From NCBI GenBank assembly GCA_019056785.1, contig DXJV01000102.1:1-25189 (forward strand): a stretch of 25,189 nt of DNA, given 5' to 3'. A program made the translations under genes and the position numbers. Of the stretch, positions 16,659 to 25,189 are shown one piece after another. The stretch is from Candidatus Heimdallarchaeota archaeon (GTDB lineage: Archaea; Asgardarchaeota; Heimdallarchaeia; JABLTI01). Position 1 is the first letter of the stretch, and each line of letters starts with the position of its first letter. The notes under the pieces were generated by a model. That model searched no databases. It worked only from the letters and a program-made list of their open reading frames with translations, and had not been told where the DNA came from.

Positions 16659-17624
16659 CTAATAACGATTCGCAGAACCCAGAACATGTGTATTTTTATG
16701 GATAAGAAGCGTTTTGAGCTCTTCACGCGCTGGCCCAAGATACTTTCGTGGGTCAAAGACTTCTGGTTTTTCTGTGAGAACTTTCCGGATGATTGCTGTA
16801 ACGACCAATCGTCCATCGGAATCGATATTTATTTTACAAACATTCATTGCTGCTGCTTTTCTTAGCTGCTCTTCCGGAACGCCAACTGCGCCTTTCAAGT
16901 TTCCCCCAAACTTATTAACTATTTCAACATACTTTTGTGGGACAGAAGAACTGCCATGCAAAACAATGGGAAAATTGGGCAGCTTTTTCTGGATCTCTTC
17001 GAGGATGTCAAAACGGAGTGGTGGGACCGGTTGCCCTGGCTTAAACTTATATGCCCCATGTGAGGTGCCTATTGAAATTGCCAGGCTGTCACAGTTTGTT
17101 CGACTTACAAAATCCTCCACTTCTTCTGGTTTTGTATAATGTGATTTTTCTGCAGAAACATGCTCTTCGATTCCAGCTAATACACCTAATTCTGCTTCCA
17201 CAGTGACATCAAATTTGTGAGCATACTCTACCACTTGTTTGGTAATCCGGATATTTTCTTCGTAAGGAAGGTGAGAGCCATCAAACATGACCGAGGAGAA
17301 ACCCATATCAATACACGATTTGCATAACTCGAAAGAATCACCATGGTCAAGATGGAGAGCCATTGGGATGTTTCCCCCAAGCTCTTTCATATAAGCTACA
17401 GCTCCTTCTGCCATGTAGCGAAGCAACGTTTGGTTTGCATATTTGCGCGCCCCTTTTGAGACCTGTAAAATAACAGGGGAACGTGACTCCACACAAGCCA
17501 TAACGATTGCTTGCAGTTGTTCCATATTATTGAAATTATATGCTGGTACTGCATACCCATGCTTCATTGCATGCTTGAACATTTCTCTTGTATTTACAAA
17601 ACCGAGTTCACTGTAATGGACCAT
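16659..17624 (-). CDS. fba: Class II fructose-1,6-bisphosphate aldolase, bacterial type
   Basis: ALHLDHG, SSVMFDGSH, VEAELG, GTSHGAYK, VLHGSSS, KINIDSD, FDPRKYL. Confidence 0.97.
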   Translation of the reverse strand: MVHYSELGFVNTREMFKHAMKHGYAVPAYNFNNMEQLQAIVMACVESRSPVILQVSKGARKYANQTLLRYMAEGAVAYMKELGGNIPMALHLDHGDSFELCKSCIDMGFSSVMFDGSHLPYEENIRITKQVVEYAHKFDVTVEAELGVLAGIEEHVSAEKSHYTKPEEVEDFVSRTNCDSLAISIGTSHGAYKFKPGQPVPPLRFDILEEIQKKLPNFPIVLHGSSSVPQKYVEIVNKFGGNLKGAVGVPEEQLRKAAAMNVCKINIDSDGRLVVTAIIRKVLTEKPEVFDPRKYLGPAREELKTLLIHKNTHVLGSANRY

Positions 17625-17788
17625 TATTCTTTCACATCAATTGAAAGTTTTCTACATAATTATTACTTAATAATCAAATAACTCTTACGCTTCTCGGTAT
17701 TAAGAATTGTTCTCGTTCTTTTAGCAACGAATCAATTTTTGGGCAAACTTAGAAAAAAAGAGAGGGAAAGTGGGAAGCAAACTCCCAT

Positions 17789-19615
17789 TTAATCTACAGT
17801 GAGTGTTTTCGATAAGTTTCGAGGATAGTCAGGGTCTATCCCTCGTTCAATTGACATATATAATGCTAATAATTGAAGAGGAATTGCTGCAAGAATAGGC
17901 GAAATTAATTGTGATGATTTTGGGATTTCAAAATAGTCGCCTTCTTTAACATGCTTATCTAGTCCATCGATGTGTTCACCTACAACTATGGGACGTCCAT
18001 CTCGGCATTCTACTTCAGAAACGTGAGAAATGACATAATATTTGTCATTTGGGGCAACAACATAAATGACCGGATAGCCATTTTCAACGATGCTTAAGGG
18101 GCCATGTTTGAATTCTGAAGAATACATTGCCTCTGCCGAGATATAATTAATTTCACGTATTTTTAATGCCCCCTCCATAGCCACTCCATGTGTTATCCCA
18201 TAACCTAAAAGAGACATGGCATTTGTTTTAACCAACTCTTTTGCGAGTTTTTTTGCTTTGGGGATGCTTTCTTCAATTGTTTGCTTTACGAGTGCTGAGA
18301 GGTTATGAATTTCAGCTTTCAATTGCTCATATTCTTCTTTGGTTATACGCCCCCGCTTGTAGCCAATGCGAGCAGCCAAGATGAGAAACAGCAACACTTG
18401 GTTGGTATATGTCTTTGTTGCGGGCACACTTCGTTCAATGCCTGCACCAATATACGCATATGCTTCTGACAAACGTTCTACAGTGGAGCCTGGAACATTC
18501 ACCATGCCCAAAATATGATAGCCCTTTGGCTTCGCAAAATTGATGGTATTAATAATATCTTTTGTTTCCCCACTCTGAGAGACACAAAGAAGCACAGTCT
18601 TATCATCCGGCTGATAATTCTTGTATTCCTCAAAGAACCGTCCACCAATAACAGGGAAAGCTATAATGCCGGCAAGATTATTGAGATAATATGAACCGAC
18701 ATTACAAGCATTAAAACTCGAGCCACAACCAACAAGAAATGCAACATTAGCTTCACTTAATTTGTTAACAATCTCATCTAGAACATCACTTTCTAAACCG
18801 AAAGCTAATTTTTCAGTAGCATCTACTTGTTCATGTATTTCTTTTGTCAGGAAATAATCATAAGAACCCTTAACTGCTTCTTCGGCAGAAAGATCGGTTA
18901 TCCGTGGTTTACGGTGTATCTCTGAACCATCTTCAGCATTATAAATTTTGTAGGATGTTGCAGTGACTTCAATTATTTCCCCATCATTTAATGGTACAAA
19001 TTTATTTGTTAAAGGAAGAATCGAAGGAAGATCAGATGCGATATAGTTCTCCCCTTCACCAATCCCCAAAACGAGTGATGAGCCCATTTTTATGGCATAG
19101 AGGGTGTCCGGGTGATCCTTATGAAAGCAAATAAAGGCAAAAGCCCCTTCCATCTCTTTAACTCCCTCCATCAACCCCTTAATCATATCTTTGGTTTTGT
19201 CGTAGTGCTTTTCTGTGGCATGAACACAAATTTCTCCATCATTTAAACTCCGAATGGTATGCCCTTCGTTCTCGAGTTGTTCTTTTGTTCGATGAAAACT
19301 AACAATATTGCCATTATGGGCCCCCACCATGTCACCATCACAATCAAAATGAGGTTGTGCATTTATTTTACTGGGACGGCCGAAAGTAGACCAACGCAAT
19401 TGCCCCAAACCAATCTTACCCACCATTTCCTTTAATTTCAAGTTCTCTGTTACACTTTCAATTGTACCAACACCCTTTCGCAGGTCAATATTCCCATCGT
19501 TATAGAGAGCCAAACCCGCACTATCATATCCACGATATGCCAAACGCTTTCCAATTGTCAACAATTTTTCTGCGACATTTCCTTCTTTTGCAACAACACC
19601 GAAGATACCACACAT
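17789..19615 (-). CDS. glmS: Glutamine-fructose-6-phosphate aminotransferase (isomerizing)
   Basis: MCGIFG, YRGYDSAG, HNG, SQSGETKD, ATKTY, EGALK, EFKHGP, PRNLSKTLTVD. Confidence 0.97.
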   Translation of the reverse strand: MCGIFGVVAKEGNVAEKLLTIGKRLAYRGYDSAGLALYNDGNIDLRKGVGTIESVTENLKLKEMVGKIGLGQLRWSTFGRPSKINAQPHFDCDGDMVGAHNGNIVSFHRTKEQLENEGHTIRSLNDGEICVHATEKHYDKTKDMIKGLMEGVKEMEGAFAFICFHKDHPDTLYAIKMGSSLVLGIGEGENYIASDLPSILPLTNKFVPLNDGEIIEVTATSYKIYNAEDGSEIHRKPRITDLSAEEAVKGSYDYFLTKEIHEQVDATEKLAFGLESDVLDEIVNKLSEANVAFLVGCGSSFNACNVGSYYLNNLAGIIAFPVIGGRFFEEYKNYQPDDKTVLLCVSQSGETKDIINTINFAKPKGYHILGMVNVPGSTVERLSEAYAYIGAGIERSVPATKTYTNQVLLFLILAARIGYKRGRITKEEYEQLKAEIHNLSALVKQTIEESIPKAKKLAKELVKTNAMSLLGYGITHGVAMEGALKIREINYISAEAMYSSEFKHGPLSIVENGYPVIYVVAPNDKYYVISHVSEVECRDGRPIVVGEHIDGLDKHVKEGDYFEIPKSSQLISPILAAIPLQLLALYMSIERGIDPDYPRNLSKTLTVD

Positions 19616-19707
19616 TTTATTATGAACTCCATTGTTTTGAACTATAGTAGCACCGAAATTATTTAAGAAAAAAAGTTACTTAAATATAATTTTTCCTCTT
19701 TATTTGG

Positions 19708-20397
19708 TTAGAAGAGGGAGAAGATTGTTGTAGTACTGTTTGTAGGTACAGAGAAACCCCCGTAAAGCGCTTTTTGTAGGATAGCGGCAAGGATCAATAA
19801 GACAAGAGAATTAACGATTAGGATTGAGACCAACCCCCCTCGAAGAATGAATGATTTCAACCGGTAACTGGTTTGCTCATCTTCGAGCTCTTCATAAGAA
19901 TATTCATCTTCAAGTTCTCCTTGCTCTTTTTCTTCCTTCTCCTCTTCTAGCTCGTCCTCATCTTCATCATACTCGTATTCGTCTTCTGGTTCTTCGTCTT
20001 CAAGTTCATACTTTGCCTGTGCTCTTCGCCTTGCTTCTCGCTCTCTGATTATCTCCTTATAAACTCTAGCCCTTTTGTTTTCCTGCCGAAGCATTCGATA
20101 AACAAAGATATTCCGATAAAGCATGTCTCCAATAACAACTAAAAAGAAGGTTGTTAAACCAATTAACGCGATTATTGCTGCTGGAAAAATGGTTTCCGGG
20201 AACCCTACCGTCCGATCAATAATAATAACTATTCCAGCTATTAGCCCCGCGGGGATAAACATCATTGGATATCGTATCCACTTAGGAATTCTGACCAGTG
20301 GGGGGCTTGTTTCCTCTTCTGCGAATGCTACTGCAACCGGCTTTTTCCTTGCTTCTCCATTCTCAGAGGAGCTCTGTGGGGATTTTTCTTGGGGCAT
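19708..20397 (-). CDS. Hypothetical three-TM membrane protein with a long basic-then-acidic loop
   Basis: Two hydrophobic segments, an Arg-rich helix, an Asp/Glu/Tyr tract, a third TM, and a short tail with an NST sequon. Confidence 0.75.
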   Translation of the reverse strand: MPQEKSPQSSSENGEARKKPVAVAFAEEETSPPLVRIPKWIRYPMMFIPAGLIAGIVIIIDRTVGFPETIFPAAIIALIGLTTFFLVVIGDMLYRNIFVYRMLRQENKRARVYKEIIREREARRRAQAKYELEDEEPEDEYEYDEDEDELEEEKEEKEQGELEDEYSYEELEDEQTSYRLKSFILRGGLVSILIVNSLVLLILAAILQKALYGGFSVPTNSTTTIFSLF

Positions 20398-20590
20398 TTC
20401 ATCACCGAAATTTAGCTTAATTATTTGCGAGCTTATCTAAAAGAATTTTTAAGGATTTGTTTTTAGATTGGTTAAACACAAATTTTGGAGATGTCCACAA
20501 AACAATCTTTATCAATTAGAAAAAACATCAATATAATGTTTCTAGGCAGTAGCAAGTAACTAACAAGTAAACCTATGGAGTAAAGATTTT

Positions 20591-21607
20591 ATGCCAACAA
20601 TAGGATTTGTCGGTATTGACAATGCTGGTAAAACCACAATCATTGATGTTTTTGCCAAGCAACGATTTGAACACACAATTCCTACAGTTGGCATTAATTT
20701 TGAACAAATTAGCTTTTCCGAGATTGCCCTGGATTTTGACATATTAGATATGGGCGGTCAAAAGAATTTCCGTATGTTGTGGGTTGATTATCTTAATACT
20801 GTAGATATTGTTATTTATGTTATTGATGCGAGTGATCATAAGCGATTAGAAGAAGCCCTTGAAGAATTTCGGCGAATGTTGGTTATCACTGAAGAGAATA
20901 ATGTCCCCATTCTCATTCTTGTAAACAAAATCGACCTTCCCAATACAATGAGCGCGTGGGAGATAGGCCAACGACTGAGCTCTATCGAAGAGCTTGCGGA
21001 CCGCGATTGGAATATTATTGAAACTAGTGCTGTGACTGCTAAAGGACTTGTCGAAATGATAAAATGGGCTTATTCAAAACTGACCAATAATATTTTAGAC
21101 CTTGAGATCAAGTATCGAGAAATTGCTGATAAGAAATACTATCACCCCTGCCCGCTTCTTTTAACTCTCCCTGATGGGAATTATTGTATTAATCACGACA
21201 ATTTTACGCCGGTAAAAGTCGTTCCATTAGATAACCTCTTTACAAATGAGATGGAAGAGACAGAAGAGGTAATAATTGACACCATAGAGGAATTCAAAGA
21301 GCTGGGGAGAATGGTCTGTTTTAATAATATTTTTGTAACTGATAACGATGAGAAAATACGATGTGCAACAGATCAAACAGTCATCGAGGTTGAAGGGACG
21401 ACTGCGAATAAAGATGAATATATTGATTCGTATAATATGATGCACCTGACTGGCGGGCAAATGTGTTCTGAATGCATCTATAAGATCTTGTTTTCTGCCA
21501 TTAAAAGAAAAGTAAAAGCCATTGCCAAAGAGTATAAGAAGGAAGAGCTTGAAGAGATCTATCGATCCGATTTGGAAAAGATTAGTGATACCAGTAAGTG
21601 CAATTAA
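20591..21607 (+). CDS. Arf/Arl/Sar-like small GTPase fused to a ~170-aa Cys-rich C-terminal domain
   Basis: G1 GIDNAGKTT, G2 PTVG, G3 DMGGQ plus R.LW, G4 NKID, G5 TSA; tail with CPLL-x8-C-x2-H, C-x14-C and CSEC. Confidence 0.93.
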   Translation: MPTIGFVGIDNAGKTTIIDVFAKQRFEHTIPTVGINFEQISFSEIALDFDILDMGGQKNFRMLWVDYLNTVDIVIYVIDASDHKRLEEALEEFRRMLVITEENNVPILILVNKIDLPNTMSAWEIGQRLSSIEELADRDWNIIETSAVTAKGLVEMIKWAYSKLTNNILDLEIKYREIADKKYYHPCPLLLTLPDGNYCINHDNFTPVKVVPLDNLFTNEMEETEEVIIDTIEEFKELGRMVCFNNIFVTDNDEKIRCATDQTVIEVEGTTANKDEYIDSYNMMHLTGGQMCSECIYKILFSAIKRKVKAIAKEYKKEELEEIYRSDLEKISDTSKCN

Positions 21608-21608
21608 A

Positions 21609-23498
21609 CTACTCTTTCTTCTGGGCGGTCTTTTGTATTGCTGTGTCATAAGCTTTCTTATAGGCATGAATGATGTTTTCCCAGCTGTAAATCTCTGCGA
21701 TCTTTCGTGCCTTCACTCGAGCGTTTTCTAGCGCTTTTTTCGACAAGCCCAATTGCTTGAGAATGATTGTTGCCAGTTCATTTGCCGCTTCCTGACTTGT
21801 ACGCCCTTTTCGCCGCAGGATATGAATCCCATCTGAATGCGATTCTGATAATTCATTTACTAATAAACCAAAACCTGACAAGTCAGTAGTGATTGCCGGG
21901 ACGCCAAGCGCAAGTGCTTCTAATGGTGTTAAGCCATAAGGTTCATAAGTTGATGGATAGATGCCCATATCACAACCGGCAACAGCATCATAATAGTCTA
22001 ACTCGAGTAATTGATCCATCTCTGAAAGATAAATAGGATAAAAAATCACTTTTACTTTATCTGAAGGTTTATTTGTCAGGTCTAATTTCTTCAATGTTTG
22101 AAAGATAGTGTCACGTTCATTGATAATAAAGGGGCAAATTGGCGGCATTTCTTCTTGAAGTTCGCCCAATGGATTGTCTAATGCTAAAGCATTTATTGCC
22201 GCGATTTCTTCTTCTGTGAAAAATTCTCGTAGTGTTTTTGACTCGATATGTTCCTCAAATTTTTGTGTGGTATAAGAGAGCCACTCATTCATCCTCATTA
22301 GTGGCCGTTCGATCAATGAGCGATGTTTTTTTGCAATCTCAAATGCCTTACTGACTATTGGTTTGATACCTGAGACGGGAGCCGGCACCCAAATAAATGC
22401 CAGCACCTCTCGTGCGGCTTTTTGGCTTTTTAATTGGCGATTGATAATTTCAAGCGCCTCTAAAAAGACATCTATGCCTTTATTATGAAATTCATACCGG
22501 CCTGAAATGTGAATTATCATTAAATCTTCAAACTGTAGCTTATAATAGGGATTAAAATACGCTTCAACAAAGCGTGCTAACTGACCACGAGCATTTAGAT
22601 GTTTTGAGAGCAGATTATCGCTTGTCGCGATAGTATTAAAATTGATGCCATTTGGAATGATAAAATCGGCTCGTTTCCCAAGAATCACCTCTGTTTCGCG
22701 AGCAACAGCCTCAGAAACAGTAATAAGGATATCTGCTTTTTGGGCGCAAAGAACTTCTATCTGATGTGAACCTTCCACATGATATTGATAAGCTTTTTCT
22801 GGGGGAATCGTTTCTTTTCGTTGGAGGAGTTCGTCAAGAATAACATTAATATCTTCATTACTCATAGCAATGTTTCGACCCAATTGGGTTGCATGCGTCA
22901 TAAAAACAGTCCCAACACTCACTTTATGCTTCTTTAAATAGAGCAACCCCGGACCAGAAATCCATTCATGAAAGTGAGCAACGATATTTTTATTTTTAAA
23001 ACGCGGCATTTCCACCAAGTAGGAAATAAGCACACCAGCTGCCCAACCAAAAGCTACCATCGGATCAAAAACTTCGCTCATCCACAGCGAATCAATTTTA
23101 TACCAATCCCAAAGAAACCCTTTAATTTGATCTATTCGCCTTTCAGGCTTTCCTGTGATAAGCGGAACATCTAAGAGATAGGAAGGATCTAGTAGGATAG
23201 TCTCGACTCCTCCGCCTCCCAGCCACAAACCATATTTCGCAGTTATTCCTTCCAACCGCAATTGATTAAAAACCTCTTCGAATTCCCGTGGTGTCTCGAG
23301 TTCCTCAAAATCATTTCGAGCCTTAAAAGCATTGAAAAGACCGATGGCAAGATAATTTCCCGGCCCTAAGAGTTTTTGCATTTCAGGAGCCTTCGAAGCA
23401 ATGACAGTATAAATTCCGCCTATTTTGTTGCCAACTTCATTTGAAATTTCGAAAACAACCTGGCATTTTTGGTGGGGCATAGACTGTTGTTCTGCCAT
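21609..23498 (-). CDS. Glycogen synthase, GT3 family
   Basis: FEISNEVGNKIGGIYTVI, HFHEW, THATQLGR, SGRYEFHNKGID, VKVIFYP.YL, PSTYEPYGLTPLE. Confidence 0.93.
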   Translation of the reverse strand: MAEQQSMPHQKCQVVFEISNEVGNKIGGIYTVIASKAPEMQKLLGPGNYLAIGLFNAFKARNDFEELETPREFEEVFNQLRLEGITAKYGLWLGGGGVETILLDPSYLLDVPLITGKPERRIDQIKGFLWDWYKIDSLWMSEVFDPMVAFGWAAGVLISYLVEMPRFKNKNIVAHFHEWISGPGLLYLKKHKVSVGTVFMTHATQLGRNIAMSNEDINVILDELLQRKETIPPEKAYQYHVEGSHQIEVLCAQKADILITVSEAVARETEVILGKRADFIIPNGINFNTIATSDNLLSKHLNARGQLARFVEAYFNPYYKLQFEDLMIIHISGRYEFHNKGIDVFLEALEIINRQLKSQKAAREVLAFIWVPAPVSGIKPIVSKAFEIAKKHRSLIERPLMRMNEWLSYTTQKFEEHIESKTLREFFTEEEIAAINALALDNPLGELQEEMPPICPFIINERDTIFQTLKKLDLTNKPSDKVKVIFYPIYLSEMDQLLELDYYDAVAGCDMGIYPSTYEPYGLTPLEALALGVPAITTDLSGFGLLVNELSESHSDGIHILRRKGRTSQEAANELATIILKQLGLSKKALENARVKARKIAEIYSWENIIHAYKKAYDTAIQKTAQKKE

Positions 23499-23701
23499 CT
23501 TCTAAACCGGCTTTCTGCTTGTTCCTTAACATACGCAGTATATCCTTTTTTGTTCTCCCCCTTGTTAAAACTTTTTTTCCATTATGAAATAGATCTACCT
23601 TCTATCGCCCCATAGAGAGCTATTTTCTATTTTTGAGATAAAATTTTAAGTGAGAAAAAATAGATTTGTTCAAAAATAAAAAATCCTTAGAGGGAAATTA
23701 T

Positions 23702-25039
23702 TTGAACGGCAAAGAAATTTACCAAAAAGTTCGAAGTAAATTAAAAGAACATCATGAGCTTTTTGCTCGTGCCATTCCGTTAATTGCTTCAGAGAATGTC
23801 ACCAGTAAGGAAGTTCGAGAAGCCACTCTGTCTGATTTTTCGCACAGATATGCCGAGGGGTGGCCCGGCGAACGCGTTTATGCTGGTTGTCAATACATTG
23901 ATGATGTTGAATTTATCTGCATGGACCTTGCCAAGGAAGTTTTTAAAGCCGATTTTGCAGATGTCCGACCAATTTCTGGAGTCGTAGCAAATATGGCACT
24001 CTATGCCGCCTTTACAAATCCCGGCGATGTGAGTATGTCTATCAGCATTCCTTGTGGTGGTCACATCTCAACTGGACCATTATACACGTCCAAAGGGGCA
24101 TTCATGGGTGGAACAGCAGGAGCGGTTAGAGGATTGAATGTAAAATATATTCCCTTTGATCGCAGAGCATTGGTTATAGACACAGAAAAAGCCGAAGAAG
24201 CAATTAAAGAGATAAAACCAAAACTCTTGCATTTTGGTGCGTCTGTCTTTCTCTTCCCACATCCTGTGAAAGAACTCGCACAAACAGCCAAGGATTTGGG
24301 CGCAACAGTCACCTATGATGCTGCACATGTTTCTGGTCTTATCGCATGCGGTTATTTCCAAGACCCACTGAATGAGGGAGCTGAAGCAATGTCCTTCTCC
24401 ACTCATAAGACAATGTTTGGACCCCAACACGGCTGTGTTGTAGCCAAATCTGAACAAGAAGAATTCTATGATAAAATAAAACGAGCAGTCTTTCCTGGAT
24501 TAACGAGCAACCATCATCTTCACAACGTAGCCGGACTTGTAATCGCTTTGGCTGAAATTAAAGAGTTTGGCAAAGATTATGGCGCACAAGTAATCAAGAA
24601 TGCCCAGACACTCGCAAAGGCATTAGAAGAGGAAGGGTTCACCGTTTGTGGCAAAGAAAAAGGCTATACAAAGTCTCACACCTTATTGGTAGATATTAGC
24701 CCGCTGCAAGAAAAAGCAGGGCTTGGCAAAGACATTGAAGAACGACTGGAACAAGCAGACATCATTTTAAACAGGAACCTTCTTCCGTGGGACATGTTCG
24801 AAGGACGGAATTATCTGAACCCTGGCGGCATTCGAATGGGCACTTCTGAAGTCACCCGACTTGGAATGAAAGAGGGCGAAATGAAACAAATTGCCAACTT
24901 TATCCGCCGAGTAGTGATTGACTTGGAAGATCCAAAGAAAGTTGCAAAAGAGGTCAATGACTTCCGCAAAGAATTCCAAACACTTCATTATTGTTTCGGT
25001 TCTAACGAAGAAGCGTACAAATATATCGAAATCGACTAA
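23702..25039 (+). CDS. glyA: Serine hydroxymethyltransferase, archaeal type
   Basis: LIASEN, RYAEG, RPISGVVAN, YDAAHV, STHKT (PLP lysine), LNRNLLPWD, GIRMGT. In-frame TTG at 23702 after GAGGG is preferred; 23666 is possible. Confidence 0.97.
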   Translation: MNGKEIYQKVRSKLKEHHELFARAIPLIASENVTSKEVREATLSDFSHRYAEGWPGERVYAGCQYIDDVEFICMDLAKEVFKADFADVRPISGVVANMALYAAFTNPGDVSMSISIPCGGHISTGPLYTSKGAFMGGTAGAVRGLNVKYIPFDRRALVIDTEKAEEAIKEIKPKLLHFGASVFLFPHPVKELAQTAKDLGATVTYDAAHVSGLIACGYFQDPLNEGAEAMSFSTHKTMFGPQHGCVVAKSEQEEFYDKIKRAVFPGLTSNHHLHNVAGLVIALAEIKEFGKDYGAQVIKNAQTLAKALEEEGFTVCGKEKGYTKSHTLLVDISPLQEKAGLGKDIEERLEQADIILNRNLLPWDMFEGRNYLNPGGIRMGTSEVTRLGMKEGEMKQIANFIRRVVIDLEDPKKVAKEVNDFRKEFQTLHYCFGSNEEAYKYIEID

Positions 25040-25049
25040 ATAAATGACT

Positions 25050-25080
25050 AGAGTCCTTTTGATGATAAAAAAAGGACTCT
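25050..25080 (+). terminator. Perfect 11-bp hairpin after glyA
   Basis: AGAGTCCTTTT - 9 nt - AAAAGGACTCT, with CTCTTTTT shortly downstream. Confidence 0.6.
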
Positions 25081-25166
25081 CCAAACCTCTTTTTCAAATA
25101 AAATCATTTTAAAACCTTGAAAAAACTTATAAGGAACTACTGACCTTTTTTCCTAGTTGATTAACC

Positions 25167-25189
25167 ATGAGCACTAAAAAGACAGAAAA
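25167..25189 (+). CDS. Possible start of the next gene, cut by the window edge (MSTKKTE...)
   Basis: ATG with an open frame to the edge; GAAAAAAC-TTATAAG BRE/TATA-like element about 35-45 bp upstream. Confidence 0.4.

Noticed and set aside
16542-17139. Antisense or off-frame ORFs over fba, and similar ones over adh, aor, the adhesins, tauE, the GTPase, glycogen synthase and glyA
   Set aside because: They overlap well-supported genes and have no recognisable motifs, consistent with shadow frames
19659-19692. Imperfect AT-rich inverted repeat upstream of glmS as a glmS ribozyme or operator
   Set aside because: The 92-bp spacer is too short and AT-rich for the ribozyme, and such palindromes arise easily by chance
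21593-21607. C-terminal SKCN of the GTPase as a prenylation signal
   Set aside because: It matches none of CaaX, CC or CxC, and no prenyltransferase evidence is in the window

Overview
Chromosomal window from an AT-rich archaeon, most likely an Asgard archaeon. This is inferred from an Arf-like GTPase, an archaeal class III signal peptide, archaeal-type GlyA and BRE/TATA promoters. In order it holds: a TIGR04076-type protein; a frameshifted secreted protein with a membrane anchor; an SCP2 / Fe-ADH / tungsten AOR operon; a divergent pair of large surface proteins (a 931-aa pilin-signal protein with nine ~84-aa beta repeats and a 4x Ig-like anchored protein) around a structured 260-bp spacer; a histidine phosphatase; sfsA; two PRC-barrel-like genes flanking a TauE transporter and an orphan; a decaying sdhA-sdhB-fumC operon; bacterial-type class II fba; glmS; an acidic-loop membrane protein; an Arf-like GTPase fused to a Cys-rich domain; a GT3 glycogen synthase; and glyA. 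No rRNA, tRNA, CRISPR array, transposase or reverse transcriptase was recognised. The best candidates for undescribed systems are the giant repeat-pilin / Ig-adhesin pair with its inverted-repeat-bounded spacer, the Arf-Cys-domain fusion, and the SCP2-ADH-AOR module. All family calls are by-eye motif recognition; no database searches were run.
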